Positions 39,945-51,631 of a DNA stretch of 64,000 bases are shown piece after piece. This DNA comes from an uncultured Burkholderiaceae bacterium (lineage in GTDB: Bacteria; Pseudomonadota; Gammaproteobacteria; Burkholderiales; Burkholderiaceae_B), in contig CALBEY010000109.1 of NCBI GenBank assembly GCA_937888805.1, positions 8,749-72,748 on the forward strand, in the 5' to 3' direction. Both the position numbers and the translations under genes were made by a program. Position 1 is the stretch's first letter. Each line of letters opens with the position of its first letter. Below the pieces are notes generated by a model that made no database searches, was not told the DNA's origin, and worked only from the letters and a program-made list of their open reading frames with translations.

Positions 39945-40818
39945 GGCGGGCGGCCCAGTCGCGCGCGAAGTGCCAGGCAATACGGCCAGATCGTGAGCCG
40001 CGTTCTAGGGTCCATTGCAGCGCCTCAGTTCGAGCCTGCGCAATCGATTCCTCACTGCACCCGAGTTCACGCAGCCAGTGCGCGACGATATCAAGGTAGT
40101 CGTCTTGACGGAAAGGGTAGAAGGACAACCAAAGACCAAAGCGCTCTGATAGCGATATTTTCTCTTCGACTGTTTCACCCGGATGGACTTCGCCATCCGA
40201 TTGGTGCTGTGCCGCTAGGTTTTCGCGCATGTACTCGGGCATCAAATGACGCCGGTTGGAGGTCGCATAAATCAGGACGTTCTCGCCCGTTGAAGCCGCC
40301 GATCCATCGAGCACCGATTTCAAGGCTTTGTAGCCTGACTCACCTTCTTCAAAGGACAGGTCATCACAAAACACGATGAATTTTTCTGGGCGGGCAGCGA
40401 CCACGTCAACGATGTCTGACAAGTCACTCAAATCACCCTTATCGACTTCAATTAAGCGCAAGCCTTGCGCTGCAAAACGAGCGAGCATGGCTTTGACCAA
40501 CGAGCTTTTACCGGTGCCGCGAGAGCCTGTCATCAACACATGATTGGCCGGCTTGCCTTGTACGAAGTGCAGGGTATTGCGTTCAATGACGGCCTTTTGT
40601 CGTTCGATGTGTTGCAGGTCTTCGGTGGTGATGCGATGGGGGTGTTGAATCGCATCGAGCCAGCCGTGAGCCGTGCCACGCTTGCGCCAGCGAAAGGCCA
40701 AAGCGTTCCAGTCAGTGGGCGGGGGCGCGGGTGGCAGCCAGGCTTGTAACTGCGCCAATACTTGGTCAGCGCGAGCAATCAGGCTGCTTAGGTCAGGGGT
40801 CGGTTTCATATCACTCAT
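39934..40818 (-). CDS. AAA+ ATP-binding protein (DUF815 family)
   Basis: GSRGTGKSSLVKA Walker A, FCDDLSF Walker B, YATSNRRHL, SLSERFGL, RSGRIA. Confidence 0.88.
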   Translation of the reverse strand: MSDMKPTPDLSSLIARADQVLAQLQAWLPPAPPPTDWNALAFRWRKRGTAHGWLDAIQHPHRITTEDLQHIERQKAVIERNTLHFVQGKPANHVLMTGSRGTGKSSLVKAMLARFAAQGLRLIEVDKGDLSDLSDIVDVVAARPEKFIVFCDDLSFEEGESGYKALKSVLDGSAASTGENVLIYATSNRRHLMPEYMRENLAAQHQSDGEVHPGETVEEKISLSERFGLWLSFYPFRQDDYLDIVAHWLRELGCSEESIAQARTEALQWTLERGSRSGRIAWHFARDWAARHAD

Positions 40819-40824
40819 TTGCTT

Positions 40825-42051
40825 TTAAGAACGGTAGTCGGCGTTGATGGTGACATACTCGTGAGAAAAGTCACAGGTGTAGACCGTTTCTGAAACTTCA
40901 CCGCGGCCCAGCGACACGCGCACCAGAATTTCAGCCTCGCTCATCACGGCTTGGCCTTGGGCCTCTTGGTAATCGGGATGGCGTCCGCCATCTTGAGCCA
41001 CCAGAACATCACCCAACCAGAGCTTGACTTGGTCAACATCAAGATCTTCAATGCCAGCGTAACCAATGGCTGCCAAAATCCGTCCTAGATTAGGGTCGCT
41101 GGCAAAAAAAGCGGTTTTAACCAAGGGCGAGTGTGCAATCGCATAGGCCACTTTTAAAGCCTCAGCTTGCGTGCTGGCGTTTTCCACGCGAATGGTTATG
41201 AACTTAGTTGCGCCTTCGGCATCGCGCACGATCTTGCAAGCCAAGTCGGTGGCCGCTGCCATTAAGGCGGTACGCAAGGGCATGAAGCGTCGATCGTTCT
41301 CAGACTCAATCACAGCACCGCTGCGACCGGTTGCCATGAGAATAAACGAGTCGTTGGTTGAGGTGTCACCGTCAACAGTAATGCGATTAAACGAGTGATC
41401 GGCTAAGTCGGTGACCAAGCGCTGCAGCAGTGGCTGGCTTAAGCCCGCGTCAGTGGCGAGGTAACCCAACATGGTCGCCATGTTGGGCCGGATCATGCCA
41501 GCGCCCTTGCTGATGCCGGTGATGGTTACCGTGTGACCTTCGAGGGCGATCTGGCTGGAGTGGATTTTGGGTTGCGTGTCCGTGGTCATGATGCTGTGTG
41601 CCGCCTCATACCAATGGCCGGCCGATAGATCAGCGACGGCCTCTGGCAATGCCTGTTCTATTTTTTCAACGGGTAGTGGCTCCAAAATCACACCAGTCGA
41701 AAAGGGCAGCACGGCTTGAGCGGCTAGCCCAAGTGCTTGCGCGGTGGCCTCGCACATGCGTTGAGCGGCGGCATCGCCGGGTTGGCCCGTGCCGGCATTG
41801 GCATTGCCCGTGTTGATCACCAGTGCTTGGATTGGCGTGTGACTGGCCAAATTGGTCTCGCAGCGCTTAACGGGTGCTGCTCTAAACCGGTTCTTGGTAA
41901 AAACCCCAGCCACCATTGTGCCTGGGGTCAGACGAAACACTGTGAGGTCCTTCTTACCGGGTTTTCGGATGCCAGCACTGGCAATCCCTATCTCAACACC
42001 ATCGACGGGGTGAATGGCTGAGCGATCTGGAATAACAAGGTTGACGGCCAT
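40825..42051 (-). CDS. argJ: Bifunctional ornithine acetyltransferase/N-acetylglutamate synthase
   Basis: [48 protein letters not shown]. Confidence 0.97.
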   Translation of the reverse strand: MAVNLVIPDRSAIHPVDGVEIGIASAGIRKPGKKDLTVFRLTPGTMVAGVFTKNRFRAAPVKRCETNLASHTPIQALVINTGNANAGTGQPGDAAAQRMCEATAQALGLAAQAVLPFSTGVILEPLPVEKIEQALPEAVADLSAGHWYEAAHSIMTTDTQPKIHSSQIALEGHTVTITGISKGAGMIRPNMATMLGYLATDAGLSQPLLQRLVTDLADHSFNRITVDGDTSTNDSFILMATGRSGAVIESENDRRFMPLRTALMAAATDLACKIVRDAEGATKFITIRVENASTQAEALKVAYAIAHSPLVKTAFFASDPNLGRILAAIGYAGIEDLDVDQVKLWLGDVLVAQDGGRHPDYQEAQGQAVMSEAEILVRVSLGRGEVSETVYTCDFSHEYVTINADYRS

Positions 42052-42067
42052 GGCGCTAGGCTCCGAA

Positions 42068-43348
42068 TCAGTTCAAGGTTTTAAAAACATGATCAGCGGC
42101 CGTGAGGGTCGCTTCAATAATCGCATCGTCGTGCATACAGGACACAAACCCTGCCTCGTAGGCTGAAGGTGCAAAGTACACCCCTTGATCAAGCATGCCG
42201 TGAAAAAAGGTTTTAAAGTGTTCGATGTTGCCCGCTGACACCTCGTCAAGGCCCTTGGGTATTTGCTCGCTAAAGTACATGCCGAACATGCCGCCCTCGC
42301 TGTCGGCGCTGAAAGACACGCCGTGGGCTCGAGCGCGTTGTACCAAGCCCTCAGTGAGTTTGCGTGTCTGGGCGCCCAAACGATCATAAAAACCAGGCTC
42401 GCCGAGCAAGCGAAGAGTGGTGATGCCAGCAGCCACGGCCACGGGGTTACCCGACAGCGTGCCAGCTTGGTAGACCGCACCCATCGGCGCGATGTTTTGC
42501 ATGATGTCGGTTCTGCCACCAAAGGCGCCTATTGGCATACCACCGCCGATGACTTTGGCAAGGGTGGTTAGGTCAGGTGTCACCCCGGTGATGCCTTGTA
42601 CACCTTGTGGTCCTACTCGAAAGCCTGTCATCACCTCGTCAAATATGAGCACAGCACCGTGGGCCGTGCACTCGCTGCGTAATGTTTCTAAAAATCCGGG
42701 CACGGGCTTAACCAGATTCATGTTGCCAGCCATGGGCTCGACTATCACACAGGCAATGTCTTTGCCGTGTGCGGCAAATGCTTCTTGCACGCCTTGGGCA
42801 TCATTGAAGTCAATCACAATGGTGTGGGCCACAAATTCAGGTGGCACACCGGCTGAGGTTGGATTACCAAATGTCAGCAACCCAGAACCGGCTTTGACCA
42901 ATAGGCTGTCGGCATGGCCGTGATAACAGCCTTCAAATTTGATGATTTTGTTGCGACCGGTGGCACCACGGGCCAAACGGATGGCGCTCATGGTGGCCTC
43001 TGTGCCAGAGCTGGTCAAGCGAACTTGCTCAATGCTGGGGACCCGCTCGATCAATAATTCGGCAATTTCAATTTCCGCTTCGGTCGGTGCGCCGTAAGAA
43101 AGGCCGTGGACGGCGGCTTCTTGCACCGCTTTAACCACCTCAGGATGGGCATGGCCCAAAATGGCTGGGCCCCAAGAACCGATGTAGTCGATATAACGTT
43201 TGTCTTCAGCATCCCAAAAGTGAGGACCTTTGGCGCGCGCCACAAATCGCGGCGTACCGCCCACTGAGCGAAAGGCCCGAACAGGCGAGTTAACGCCGCC
43301 TGGAATGCTGCGGCTGGCGCGTTCAAATAGTTCTGCGTTACGGGACAT
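42068..43348 (-). CDS. hemL: Glutamate-1-semialdehyde 2,1-aminomutase
   Basis: [44 protein letters not shown]. Confidence 0.97.
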   Translation of the reverse strand: MSRNAELFERASRSIPGGVNSPVRAFRSVGGTPRFVARAKGPHFWDAEDKRYIDYIGSWGPAILGHAHPEVVKAVQEAAVHGLSYGAPTEAEIEIAELLIERVPSIEQVRLTSSGTEATMSAIRLARGATGRNKIIKFEGCYHGHADSLLVKAGSGLLTFGNPTSAGVPPEFVAHTIVIDFNDAQGVQEAFAAHGKDIACVIVEPMAGNMNLVKPVPGFLETLRSECTAHGAVLIFDEVMTGFRVGPQGVQGITGVTPDLTTLAKVIGGGMPIGAFGGRTDIMQNIAPMGAVYQAGTLSGNPVAVAAGITTLRLLGEPGFYDRLGAQTRKLTEGLVQRARAHGVSFSADSEGGMFGMYFSEQIPKGLDEVSAGNIEHFKTFFHGMLDQGVYFAPSAYEAGFVSCMHDDAIIEATLTAADHVFKTLN

Positions 43349-43389
43349 ATTGCTGGGTCCTCCTGTGTCGAAAAGACTGATGAATGTTT

Positions 43390-44034
43390 TTAAGCAAAGG
43401 CATGCGTCAAAGCGCGGGCCGAGGCTTCAATATTGGGTGTCAAAAAGAGGCCACCAACCACGGCTAGGCTGTTTGCACCGGCGGCAACCAGTGGTGCGGC
43501 GTTCTCTGCTGTGATACCACCAATGGCCACCACTTTGGCGTTAGAACCGGCCTGGGCAACCAATGCTCGGGCTTGGGTCAGGATTTGGTGGTTAGCGGGC
43601 ATGGCGTGTGGCTTGGTTGCCGAGGGATACATGGTGCCAAAGGCAATGTAATCAACACCTTGCGCCAGCATTTCTTTGGCATGGTTCAGCTCGCCATAGC
43701 ATGACACACCGATCAAGGCGTCGGGTCCCAATGCCAAGCGAACCGCATTCGGGCTGTCGTCATCGCGCCCCACGTGCACGCCATCAGCGCCCACGGCTTC
43801 AGCCACGCGCCAATGGTCATTGATCATCAACAGAACGCCGTTGGCGTGACAAACACGTTTAACTTCGCGCGCCATGCCAATCATGCGCGGCGCGGGGCAA
43901 GTTTTATGTCGCCATTGAAGAACCGTCATGCCGCCACGGGCAGCAGCTTCGATGGCTTGTGTCAGTTGATCGAGGTCGTCCCAATCGGGGGTAACACCGT
44001 AAAGACCACTCGGAAACACGGGACGGGTTGTCAT
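43390..44034 (-). CDS. thiE: Thiamine-phosphate synthase
   Basis: LYGVT, LQWRHK, INDH...ADGVHVG, GVSCY, DYIAFG...SATK, AIGGIT. Confidence 0.88.
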   Translation of the reverse strand: MTTRPVFPSGLYGVTPDWDDLDQLTQAIEAAARGGMTVLQWRHKTCPAPRMIGMAREVKRVCHANGVLLMINDHWRVAEAVGADGVHVGRDDDSPNAVRLALGPDALIGVSCYGELNHAKEMLAQGVDYIAFGTMYPSATKPHAMPANHQILTQARALVAQAGSNAKVVAIGGITAENAAPLVAAGANSLAVVGGLFLTPNIEASARALTHAFA

Positions 44035-44855
44035 GGGGTGGTTGGCGCCTTAGGGGGTAATCGTGAAACCAGTCGTTGACCCATACCCGCCTGGAAAGCA
44101 CAAGTGGCAGTTAGACTGGCGTAAGTGCAGGCTTGCTTGGCTGCCTCAGTAACCGAGAGGCCAGTGGCGAGGTGGTTGGCGATTGCCGTGGCAATCAGGC
44201 CGTTAAGGTCTTGTACGCGGGCACCGACGGGTTGCCACGGCCAAGCAACGGTTTCACCATCAGGACCGAGCAAAAGGTTAATGAGCTGGCCAGGACGCTG
44301 GGCAAAGGCAGTGACCAAGACCCAGTCGGCGCCAAGCGCCAAAATCGCTTGTGGGCCGCCGTTGCCTTCTAAATGCGCCAAAACCTCGTCATTGAGCCAG
44401 CGTTCAATTGCATTGGCACCCATCACCACCACCTTTGTTTGAGGTAGGATGAGCTCAAGCACCGCGCCAACACTTGGTTCAGTGTCCTGATCCTCGTCAT
44501 CACTGTCAGTCGGTGCTTGCGAGGCTGGCAAATGAAGGACGAGCGGTGCGTGGCTGTAGTCGGCGGCAATACCGGCAATCATGCTCGCGATCTCTGGGGT
44601 GGGTACCGTTCCGACTTTAATCGCATGGATGGGCATGTCTTCCAAAAGACCACGTGCTTGGTCATCGACTGACTCGGCCACTGCGGCGTCAACATTTAAC
44701 AGGCCTGTGGTGTCGGCAAGTGCCACGCCTGTCAATACACAGACCCCATGGCTGTCATGGGCCGCGCAAGTGATGGCGTCAGCGGGGAGATCTTGCTGAC
44801 CGGATGGGTCAAACAAGCCAAACAAAAGCGTTACGGAAGGGGTTGTCGAAGGCAC
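44031..44855 (-). CDS. ThiD-like HMP/HMP-P kinase-family protein with a degenerate catalytic motif
   Basis: DPSG...AD, EDMPIHAIKVG; C-terminal QDLNG where ThiD has HGTGC. Confidence 0.75.
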   Translation of the reverse strand: MPSTTPSVTLLFGLFDPSGQQDLPADAITCAAHDSHGVCVLTGVALADTTGLLNVDAAVAESVDDQARGLLEDMPIHAIKVGTVPTPEIASMIAGIAADYSHAPLVLHLPASQAPTDSDDEDQDTEPSVGAVLELILPQTKVVVMGANAIERWLNDEVLAHLEGNGGPQAILALGADWVLVTAFAQRPGQLINLLLGPDGETVAWPWQPVGARVQDLNGLIATAIANHLATGLSVTEAAKQACTYASLTATCAFQAGMGQRLVSRLPPKAPTTP

Positions 44856-44912
44856 TTGTCGATACTTTAGGTAAGATTGAGCCTACATTGTAAAAGAACC
44901 AACGGAATAACC

Positions 44913-45077
44913 ATGCAAACTTGGATGTGCTTAATTTGTGGCTGGATTTATGACGAGGCGCAAGGCTGCCCAGAAGAGGGTATCGCCCCGGGTACCAAAT
45001 GGGCGGATGTGCCCCCCAATTGGGTCTGTCCCGAGTGTGGCGCCCGAAAAGAGGACTTTGAGATGATGGCAGTCTGA
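44913..45077 (+). CDS. Rubredoxin
   Basis: CLICGWIYD...W.CPECGA.KEDF; 54 aa from ATG 44913. Confidence 0.95.
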   Translation: MQTWMCLICGWIYDEAQGCPEEGIAPGTKWADVPPNWVCPECGARKEDFEMMAV

Positions 45078-45081
45078 TCGC

Positions 45082-45663
45082 ATGAGCGCCTCAATGGATT
45101 TGTCGGGGCATTTTTTGATGGCCATGCCAGGCTCTGTTGACGGTGACTTGGCGGGCACGGTGATTTACGTCTGCGAGCACTCCGACCGAGGGGCTTTGGG
45201 ATTGGTCATTAACCGGCCAATGGACTTGACTGTTGCGCATTTGCTGCAAAAAGTTGATCTTCAAGGCGCTGATGTGGCTGATCCGCCATTTGAAGAGTCC
45301 TCCGAACAGCCCGTTTTTTACGGCGGTCCAGTTCAAACGGACCGTGGTTTTGTGTTGCACAAGCCCGCGGGCGAATACACCTCGAGTATTCATTTGGGTG
45401 AATCCATGGCACTCACCACATCGCGCGATGTGCTTCAGGCCGTGGCCAGCGGCCAAGGTCCGGCTCAAATTCTAGTGACTTTGGGGTATGCCGGATGGGG
45501 GGCAGGCCAACTCGAGCAAGAACTCGCCCAAAATGCTTGGTTAAGTGTGGCCGCTGAGTCATCGATTATTTTTGATGAGCCCCCGCAGTCCCGTTACCCT
45601 GCCGCCATGAAACTGTTGGGATTTGATCCTGCCATGCTGGCTGGATCGGCTGGGCATGCCTGA
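45082..45663 (+). CDS. yqgE: YqgE/AlgH family protein
   Basis: GALGLVINRP, GGPVQTDRGFVLH, LGYAGWGAGQLEQE. Confidence 0.92.
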   Translation: MSASMDLSGHFLMAMPGSVDGDLAGTVIYVCEHSDRGALGLVINRPMDLTVAHLLQKVDLQGADVADPPFEESSEQPVFYGGPVQTDRGFVLHKPAGEYTSSIHLGESMALTTSRDVLQAVASGQGPAQILVTLGYAGWGAGQLEQELAQNAWLSVAAESSIIFDEPPQSRYPAAMKLLGFDPAMLAGSAGHA

Positions 45664-46078
45664 GGAGCGCACCCTGCTTGCCTTTGACTACGGCGTGTCG
45701 CGTATTGGGGTGGCTTTGGGTAACACAATTTTGGGCCATGCCAGACCCTTAGAAATCATTAATTCACCCGAAAAAGCCAAGCGATTTGCGCGTATTGAGG
45801 AATTGGTGGTGCAGTGGCAACCGCAAGCGATTGTGGTGGGTTTGCCGTTGACGCCTGATGGTGGTGAACAGATCGCGAGTCGACAGGCGCGCCGCTTTGC
45901 GAATCAACTCGTTGGCCGTTTGGGTTTGCCCGTTTTTTTGGTTGATGAAAGAAATTCAAGCATAGAAGCGCAAGCCGTGGTTGGAAACGCCCCCGATGAT
46001 GCGGTCGCAGCGGCTATTATTCTGCAAAGGTACTTCGATGATTTGCCACCTGACAGGCAACCAGGAAACGCACCATGA
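45656..46078 (+). CDS. ruvX: Pre-16S rRNA nuclease/Holliday junction resolvase RuvX (YqgF)
   Basis: LAFDYG..RIGVA, VVGLPL, VDERNSS, DAVAAAIILQ. Confidence 0.93.
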   Translation: MPEERTLLAFDYGVSRIGVALGNTILGHARPLEIINSPEKAKRFARIEELVVQWQPQAIVVGLPLTPDGGEQIASRQARRFANQLVGRLGLPVFLVDERNSSIEAQAVVGNAPDDAVAAAIILQRYFDDLPPDRQPGNAP

Positions 46079-46617
46079 CCCAATCACTTGACCGACTGGT
46101 AGACATGCCAACTGCCGAGGCGCTTTATTTAAAGTTACTCGAAGGTGTTAGAACCCTAATTAAGGACTTGCCCCAAGAACAGGTGCATTTGGTTGGCATT
46201 TTGTCGGGCGGGGCATGGCTGGCAGAGCGCTTGCAACAAGATCTTAAATTGCCAGGTGCCATGGGGAGCTTGAACATCAGCTTTTACCGCGACGACTTTG
46301 ACCGGATTGGGTTGCACAACCAAGTCACCCCATCTGAAATTGCCTTTGACGTGGTTGATCGCCACTTAATTGTGGTTGATGACGTTTTGTATACCGGGCG
46401 AACCATTCGAGCAGCGATGAATGAATTGTTTGACTACGGACGCCCCGCCAGTGTCAAACTGGTGGTCTTGATTGACCGCCAAGAGCGTCAGCTGCCGATC
46501 TGTGCCGATTTTTCAGCGTGGCAGATTGCCGAGGCCTCGACAGGCAGTGTGGTGCTCGCCAAAACCGAACAAGGCACGTTTTCTTTACATATCGAACCAG
46601 AGACGCCAGATGCGTAA
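46075..46617 (+). CDS. pyrR: Pyrimidine regulatory protein/UPRTase PyrR
   Basis: [31 protein letters not shown]. Confidence 0.92.
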   Translation: MTQSLDRLVDMPTAEALYLKLLEGVRTLIKDLPQEQVHLVGILSGGAWLAERLQQDLKLPGAMGSLNISFYRDDFDRIGLHNQVTPSEIAFDVVDRHLIVVDDVLYTGRTIRAAMNELFDYGRPASVKLVVLIDRQERQLPICADFSAWQIAEASTGSVVLAKTEQGTFSLHIEPETPDA

Positions 46618-47563
46618 CCCTCAGTTAAACAAACATGGCGAGCTGACGCATTTAATTAGCACCGAAGGGCTGTCGCGTGACATCTTGCAGCACATCTTAG
46701 ACACGGCACAGACTTTTGTGCCATTGGCTGAGCGCGACGTGAAGAAAGTGCCGCTGTTGCGTGGCAAAAGTGTGTTCAACCTTTTCTTTGAAAACTCAAC
46801 CCGCACACGCACCACTTTTGAGATCGCGGCAACCCGTCTGTCAGCCGATGTATTTAATTTGAATATCAATGTGTCATCGGCGGCCAAAGGTGAAACCCTG
46901 TTGGATACGATTGCCAACTTATCGGCCATGCAAGCGGACATCTTCGTGGTGCGTCATGAGTCCAGTGGCGCGCCTTACCTGATTGCTCGCCACGTATCGC
47001 CTGATGTGCATGTGATCAATGCGGGTGACGGTCGTCATGCGCACCCCACGCAAGCGTTGTTAGACATGTACACGATCCGCCATTTTAAAAAGTCGTTTTC
47101 TAACCTGACGGTGGCGATCGTTGGCGATGTGTTGCACTCGCGAGTGGCGCGTTCGAATATTCATGCTTTAACCACGTTGGGTGTGGCTGAAGTTAGGGCC
47201 ATCGCCCCCCTGACTCTCTTGCCCAGCGGATTAGCCGAAATGGGTGTTAAGACTTACACCGACATGGCTCAGGGCTTAAAGGACGTGGATGTGATCATCA
47301 TGCTACGGCTACAAAACGAGCGAATGCGTGGCGCTTTGTTGCCGTCATCACACGAGTACTTTAAGCACTTCGGTTTAACCCAAGAAAAGTTGGCTTACGC
47401 CAAGCCCGATGCGCTGGTCATGCATCCAGGTCCAATGAATCGAGGCGTTGAAATTGAGTCTGCGGTGGCCGATGGCCCGCAGTCGGTGATTCTGAATCAA
47501 GTGACTTTTGGCATTGCGGTTCGCATGGCGGTTATGAGTATTGTTGCGGGGGCTTCATCGTGA
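46610..47563 (+). CDS. pyrB: Aspartate carbamoyltransferase catalytic subunit
   Basis: [32 protein letters not shown]; ATG 46610. Confidence 0.97.
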   Translation: MRNPQLNKHGELTHLISTEGLSRDILQHILDTAQTFVPLAERDVKKVPLLRGKSVFNLFFENSTRTRTTFEIAATRLSADVFNLNINVSSAAKGETLLDTIANLSAMQADIFVVRHESSGAPYLIARHVSPDVHVINAGDGRHAHPTQALLDMYTIRHFKKSFSNLTVAIVGDVLHSRVARSNIHALTTLGVAEVRAIAPLTLLPSGLAEMGVKTYTDMAQGLKDVDVIIMLRLQNERMRGALLPSSHEYFKHFGLTQEKLAYAKPDALVMHPGPMNRGVEIESAVADGPQSVILNQVTFGIAVRMAVMSIVAGASS

Positions 47564-48858
47564 GATTGCATCTAAAGAATGCGCGTTTGATAGATCCAGC
47601 GGCCAGTGTTGATCGCGTGACTGATATCTGGATGGCAGGCGGTCGAGTCGCTTCGATTGATCATGCGCCTGACGCCTTCACTGCTGATCGTGTGTTGGAT
47701 GTGGCGGGCAAGGTCGTGATGCCCGGCTTGGTGGATTTGTCGGCGCAGTTGCGTGAACCTGGTTTTGAGTATCGCGCCACTTTGGAGTCTGAACTGCGCG
47801 CAGCCATGGCCGGCGGAATCACGAGTTTGGTTTTACCGCCTGACACGGATCCACCGCTTGATGAGCCTGGTTTGGTAGAAATGCTCAAGCATCGTGCGCG
47901 ACAGCTTGACCAAGTCAACATTTACCCGCTGGGTGCGATGACCGTGGGTTTAAAGGGTGAAACCATCACCGAAATGGCTGAGCTAACGGAAGCAGGGTGC
48001 GTTGGATTTGCACAGGCCGATCGGCCAGTCTCAGACACGCGGGTGTTATTGCGGGCCATGCAGTACGCCAAATCGTTTGGTTACACTTTGTGGCTAAGGC
48101 CACTAGACCCTTGGCTGGCACGTAGTGGCGTGGCCGCAAGTGGCGCCTACGCTTCTCGCTTGGGTCTGCCTGGTGTTCCGCAACAGTCCGAAACCATTGC
48201 GCTGCACACTTTGTTCGAATTGCAGCGTGCCGTGGGTGTGGGGCTGCACATTTGTCGTGTTTCTTCAGCCGGTGGTTTGGCCTTGATTCAGCAAGCCAAA
48301 GCAGAAGGGTTGCCGGTCACGTGCGATGTGTCGATCAACCATGCGCACTTAACGGACGTCGATATTGGTTACTACGACACGCACTACCGGCTCGATCCGC
48401 CTTTACGCGGCCAGCGAGACCGAGAGGCGTTACGTATGGGTCTTGCGCAAGGCACAATCGACGCCCTGTGCTCAGATCACACGCCCGTCGATGATGATGG
48501 CAAGCAACTGCCCTTCGCTGAGGCTGAGGCTGGGGCAACAGGCTTGGAGTTGCTGTTGTCTTTGGCCGTTAAATGGGCTTTGGAAGACAAGGTGCCGCTC
48601 TTAGATGCCTTGGCGCGTGTCACGCAAGGGCCTGCCAGAGTTTTGGCGCTATCGGCGCCCGCGATGCCACCGATTGGTGGCTTGTCGGTGGGATCGCCGG
48701 CTGACTTTTGTGTGGTTGATTTGGATGCTTATTGGACCGTTGATCGGCAGAGCTTGTTGAGCCAGAGTCAACACACCCCGTTTTTAGGGATGGAGCTACC
48801 CGCCAAAGTGCTAGCCACTGGGGTGCGTGGGCGCATCATCTGGGAGTCAGCGCGTTGA
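47560..48858 (+). CDS. pyrC': Dihydroorotase-like protein, probably the inactive PyrC' ATCase scaffold subunit
   Basis: Amidohydrolase fold adjacent to pyrB, but [10 protein letters not shown] replaces the metal-binding DxHxHxREPG motif. Confidence 0.85.
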   Translation: MRLHLKNARLIDPAASVDRVTDIWMAGGRVASIDHAPDAFTADRVLDVAGKVVMPGLVDLSAQLREPGFEYRATLESELRAAMAGGITSLVLPPDTDPPLDEPGLVEMLKHRARQLDQVNIYPLGAMTVGLKGETITEMAELTEAGCVGFAQADRPVSDTRVLLRAMQYAKSFGYTLWLRPLDPWLARSGVAASGAYASRLGLPGVPQQSETIALHTLFELQRAVGVGLHICRVSSAGGLALIQQAKAEGLPVTCDVSINHAHLTDVDIGYYDTHYRLDPPLRGQRDREALRMGLAQGTIDALCSDHTPVDDDGKQLPFAEAEAGATGLELLLSLAVKWALEDKVPLLDALARVTQGPARVLALSAPAMPPIGGLSVGSPADFCVVDLDAYWTVDRQSLLSQSQHTPFLGMELPAKVLATGVRGRIIWESAR

Positions 48859-49610
48859 GTTTGATTCGGTTTGTGCCACGTGCGATTGCGATCTCACTGT
48901 GGGTATTAGGGGGGCTTTTGACGATTGCGACTTGCTTCTGGTGGGTTGGATTGAATGCGCGGTTATGGCTCAAGCAGCAGTGGTCCAAAGGGCTTTTATG
49001 GCTCTGTGGGGTGGCAGTGCATTTGCATGGCGCACCCGTGCTGAAGGGGCCAGTACTTTGGGTGGTTAACCATGTTTCGTGGTTAGATATTTTTGTGCTC
49101 AACGTGGTCCGATCCACCACGTTTGTGGCCAAACAAGAAATCCGTCGATGGCCACTCTTGGGATGGTTGGCTGCAGGCGCTGACACCATTTTTATTGAGC
49201 GCGGGTTTCGCCATGCGGTTCAGCGCGTGGGGCAAGCCATGCAACAACGTTTTGCGCGGGATCAAGTGGTGGGTTTGTTTCCTGAGGGCACCACCTCTGA
49301 AGGGTTTGACGTGCTTTCTTTCTATGGCAATTTGTTTGAACCCGGCCGACGGATCGAAGTCACCATACAGCCTGTGGCGCTGACTTATTTTTATTTGGGC
49401 CAGCGTAGCGCCATGCCAGCCTTTGTTGGTGAAGAATCTTTGATCCGTAACCTCTGGCGCATCTTAGGGGCCCAAGGTGTGAGTGTGGGGCTGACTTTCT
49501 TGCCGGCAGTGGCTTTGGCTGGCGAAGAAAAGCCCCCTCGGTTGGCCTTGGCGACTCAAACCCGCGAGGCGATCCGTGCTGTGGTGACGCGCGGCTTGCT
49601 GACCGATTAA
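48855..49610 (+). CDS. Lysophospholipid acyltransferase (PlsC family)
   Basis: NHVSWLD, FIERG, FPEGTT. Confidence 0.92.
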   Translation: MSLIRFVPRAIAISLWVLGGLLTIATCFWWVGLNARLWLKQQWSKGLLWLCGVAVHLHGAPVLKGPVLWVVNHVSWLDIFVLNVVRSTTFVAKQEIRRWPLLGWLAAGADTIFIERGFRHAVQRVGQAMQQRFARDQVVGLFPEGTTSEGFDVLSFYGNLFEPGRRIEVTIQPVALTYFYLGQRSAMPAFVGEESLIRNLWRILGAQGVSVGLTFLPAVALAGEEKPPRLALATQTREAIRAVVTRGLLTD

Positions 49611-50446
49611 TGCGTGTGCAGGGGGTCCATACTTTGATGGCAAGCGACCTGTACGATTTTCTTGTCATGCAATCGAACCGCGGTTAAATGACCACCCCAA
49701 ACACAACCCGTGTCCAAGCAAACCAAGTCTGGCCTGATCGTGAGCCCGAGCGTTGACCAGTGGCCAAACACCACGGTCGTATCGGCTGTGGCACGGCCGG
49801 GTACGTCGAACCACGGAACAAGGCCTTCGTGGCGCTGGGTAGGCGATGACTTGATGGACAAAGCCATGTGGCCTTTGTCGGTACACATCCTTAGTCGCGT
49901 TAAGGCGTTCACGATGACACGCAAACGCTTGCCGCCCTTGTGTTGTTCTTTCCACTGCACGGGCTCATTGCCGTACATTTTGTGGATTGCCTTTTGCCAT
50001 TGCTTGCCGCGCAACTGCTCTTGAACTTCGTGGGCCAGCGATAAGGTTTTTTTGACGGTCCACTTGGGTAAAACGCCAGCGTGAACCAACAGGTGATCAT
50101 GCTCGAAGTGAGCGAGTTTTCTGTGACGAACCCAATCGATGATGTCGCCCGCATCTGGAGCCGTCAGTATCTCGTGTAGGGTGTCGTGTTTATTGGGGGC
50201 ACGCACGCCCGCGGCCACGGCCAATAGATGCAAGTCATGGTTACCCAAGAGCACGACCGTTTTGTCATCCATGGTCATCAAGCGGCGCAAGGTGTGTAGT
50301 GATTGTGAGCCGCGGTTGACCAAATCACCGGCTAGCCAGAACTGAGCATTTGGATTCTCAACAATCTCGGGGTGGTTGATTAACGCGTCGAACGAATCGC
50401 AACAGCCCTGTATGTCGCCAATCATCCAGATGTCAGGATCTTTCAT
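49607..50446 (-). CDS. apaH: Symmetrical bis(5'-nucleosyl)-tetraphosphatase
   Basis: [35 protein letters not shown]. Confidence 0.95.
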   Translation of the reverse strand: MKDPDIWMIGDIQGCCDSFDALINHPEIVENPNAQFWLAGDLVNRGSQSLHTLRRLMTMDDKTVVLLGNHDLHLLAVAAGVRAPNKHDTLHEILTAPDAGDIIDWVRHRKLAHFEHDHLLVHAGVLPKWTVKKTLSLAHEVQEQLRGKQWQKAIHKMYGNEPVQWKEQHKGGKRLRVIVNALTRLRMCTDKGHMALSIKSSPTQRHEGLVPWFDVPGRATADTTVVFGHWSTLGLTIRPDLVCLDTGCVWGGHLTAVRLHDKKIVQVACHQSMDPLHTH

Positions 50447-51621
50447 GCGGTTGATTTCTCAGCTTGCAGTTCTGTAGGCCTTTGCTCTTTTGGGCCGCGC
50501 CGGCGCTCCATCAATAAAACGGTACCAAGCGCCAGTAAAAAGACGATGGTGCTCGGCAGTAGTGCGGTCACAACGGGAGGCCATCGGTAAAGCGTACCCA
50601 CGTTTAGCGTGAGTTGGCTGATCATAAAAAAGCTTGTGCCCACCAAGATGCCGATAAACATTTTGGCACCAACACCGCCCGCACGTGTTTGCATGTAGCT
50701 GATGGGCGCAGCGATGGTGAGCATCACAATCAAAGTAAAGGGATAAGCAAGTTTGCGCCAGACGGCGATGATTTGTCGATCGGCGTCGAGTTGATTGCTT
50801 CGTAAGTAACCGATGTAATCCCACAGGGCAACGAGCGACATGCGTTCGGGTGTGGCAATCTTGGCGGCAATACGCCCTGGGGTGAGCGAGGTTTGCATGC
50901 GTTTCTCAGGCTCTTCGCGCACGGTGATAAGCGCTTTTGAGGGCCGCTGTCCGTCTGCCAAAGCACCAACGGCACCCTCTGGCACGATCGTGTCGGTGAC
51001 CCCGGATAAAACCATTTGGCCGCCTTCAAACGTCCCAAGCTTGGCTTGCCTTAAAAAGGAAAGTGATTCATTGGTGTCTAGCTCGTAGATGTAGATATCA
51101 GCGACTTCACCGGAACTCAATAATTTGCCCACATTAATGACCCGTGATCCACCACTCTCGGACGGTTCTTTAAACCAGTAACCACTGACCAATCTTCCGC
51201 CCTGTACTTTCCCGCGCAAGACCATGTTGGCTTCGCTGTAACGAATTTCGGCCGCAGGGGTGACAAACTCAGATAAAACGACGGCTAAAACCATTACGGG
51301 TATTGCTAGCGCCCAGAGCATCCCAAGCAAGCGAATAGCGCCCACACCAGACACCCGCAAAATCACCAGCTCATTGCGTTGTGCAAGACCGGCTAGTGCC
51401 ACGATAGAGCCAATCAAAAGGCCAACGGGTAGCAGGTCGTAGAGTCGAGTCGGTAGCGCTAGCGCTTCAATGAAAAAAAGCGCACTCAGTGGGAACCGGT
51501 CATTGACCGTATCAAGTTGATCGACCAATGTAAAAAAAGAAAACAAACCCATCAAAGCTAACATCACGACCAAGGTCGAGCGATAAATTTCGCGGGCGAG
51601 GTAGTTGCGAGCAGTGGACAT
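50443..51621 (-). CDS. lptG: LPS export ABC transporter permease LptG
   Basis: [14 protein letters not shown], periplasmic jellyroll region, WRKLAYP; ATG 51621 (the ORF-track extension to 51816 overlaps aroE). Confidence 0.85.
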   Translation of the reverse strand: MSTARNYLAREIYRSTLVVMLALMGLFSFFTLVDQLDTVNDRFPLSALFFIEALALPTRLYDLLPVGLLIGSIVALAGLAQRNELVILRVSGVGAIRLLGMLWALAIPVMVLAVVLSEFVTPAAEIRYSEANMVLRGKVQGGRLVSGYWFKEPSESGGSRVINVGKLLSSGEVADIYIYELDTNESLSFLRQAKLGTFEGGQMVLSGVTDTIVPEGAVGALADGQRPSKALITVREEPEKRMQTSLTPGRIAAKIATPERMSLVALWDYIGYLRSNQLDADRQIIAVWRKLAYPFTLIVMLTIAAPISYMQTRAGGVGAKMFIGILVGTSFFMISQLTLNVGTLYRWPPVVTALLPSTIVFLLALGTVLLMERRRGPKEQRPTELQAEKSTA

Positions 51622-51631
51622 GAGAAACAGT

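Noticed and set aside
44856-44912. Expected TPP riboswitch upstream of the thiD-like/thiE genes
   Set aside because: The spacer is only 57 nt, is shared with the divergent rubredoxin, and has no CTGAGA motif.
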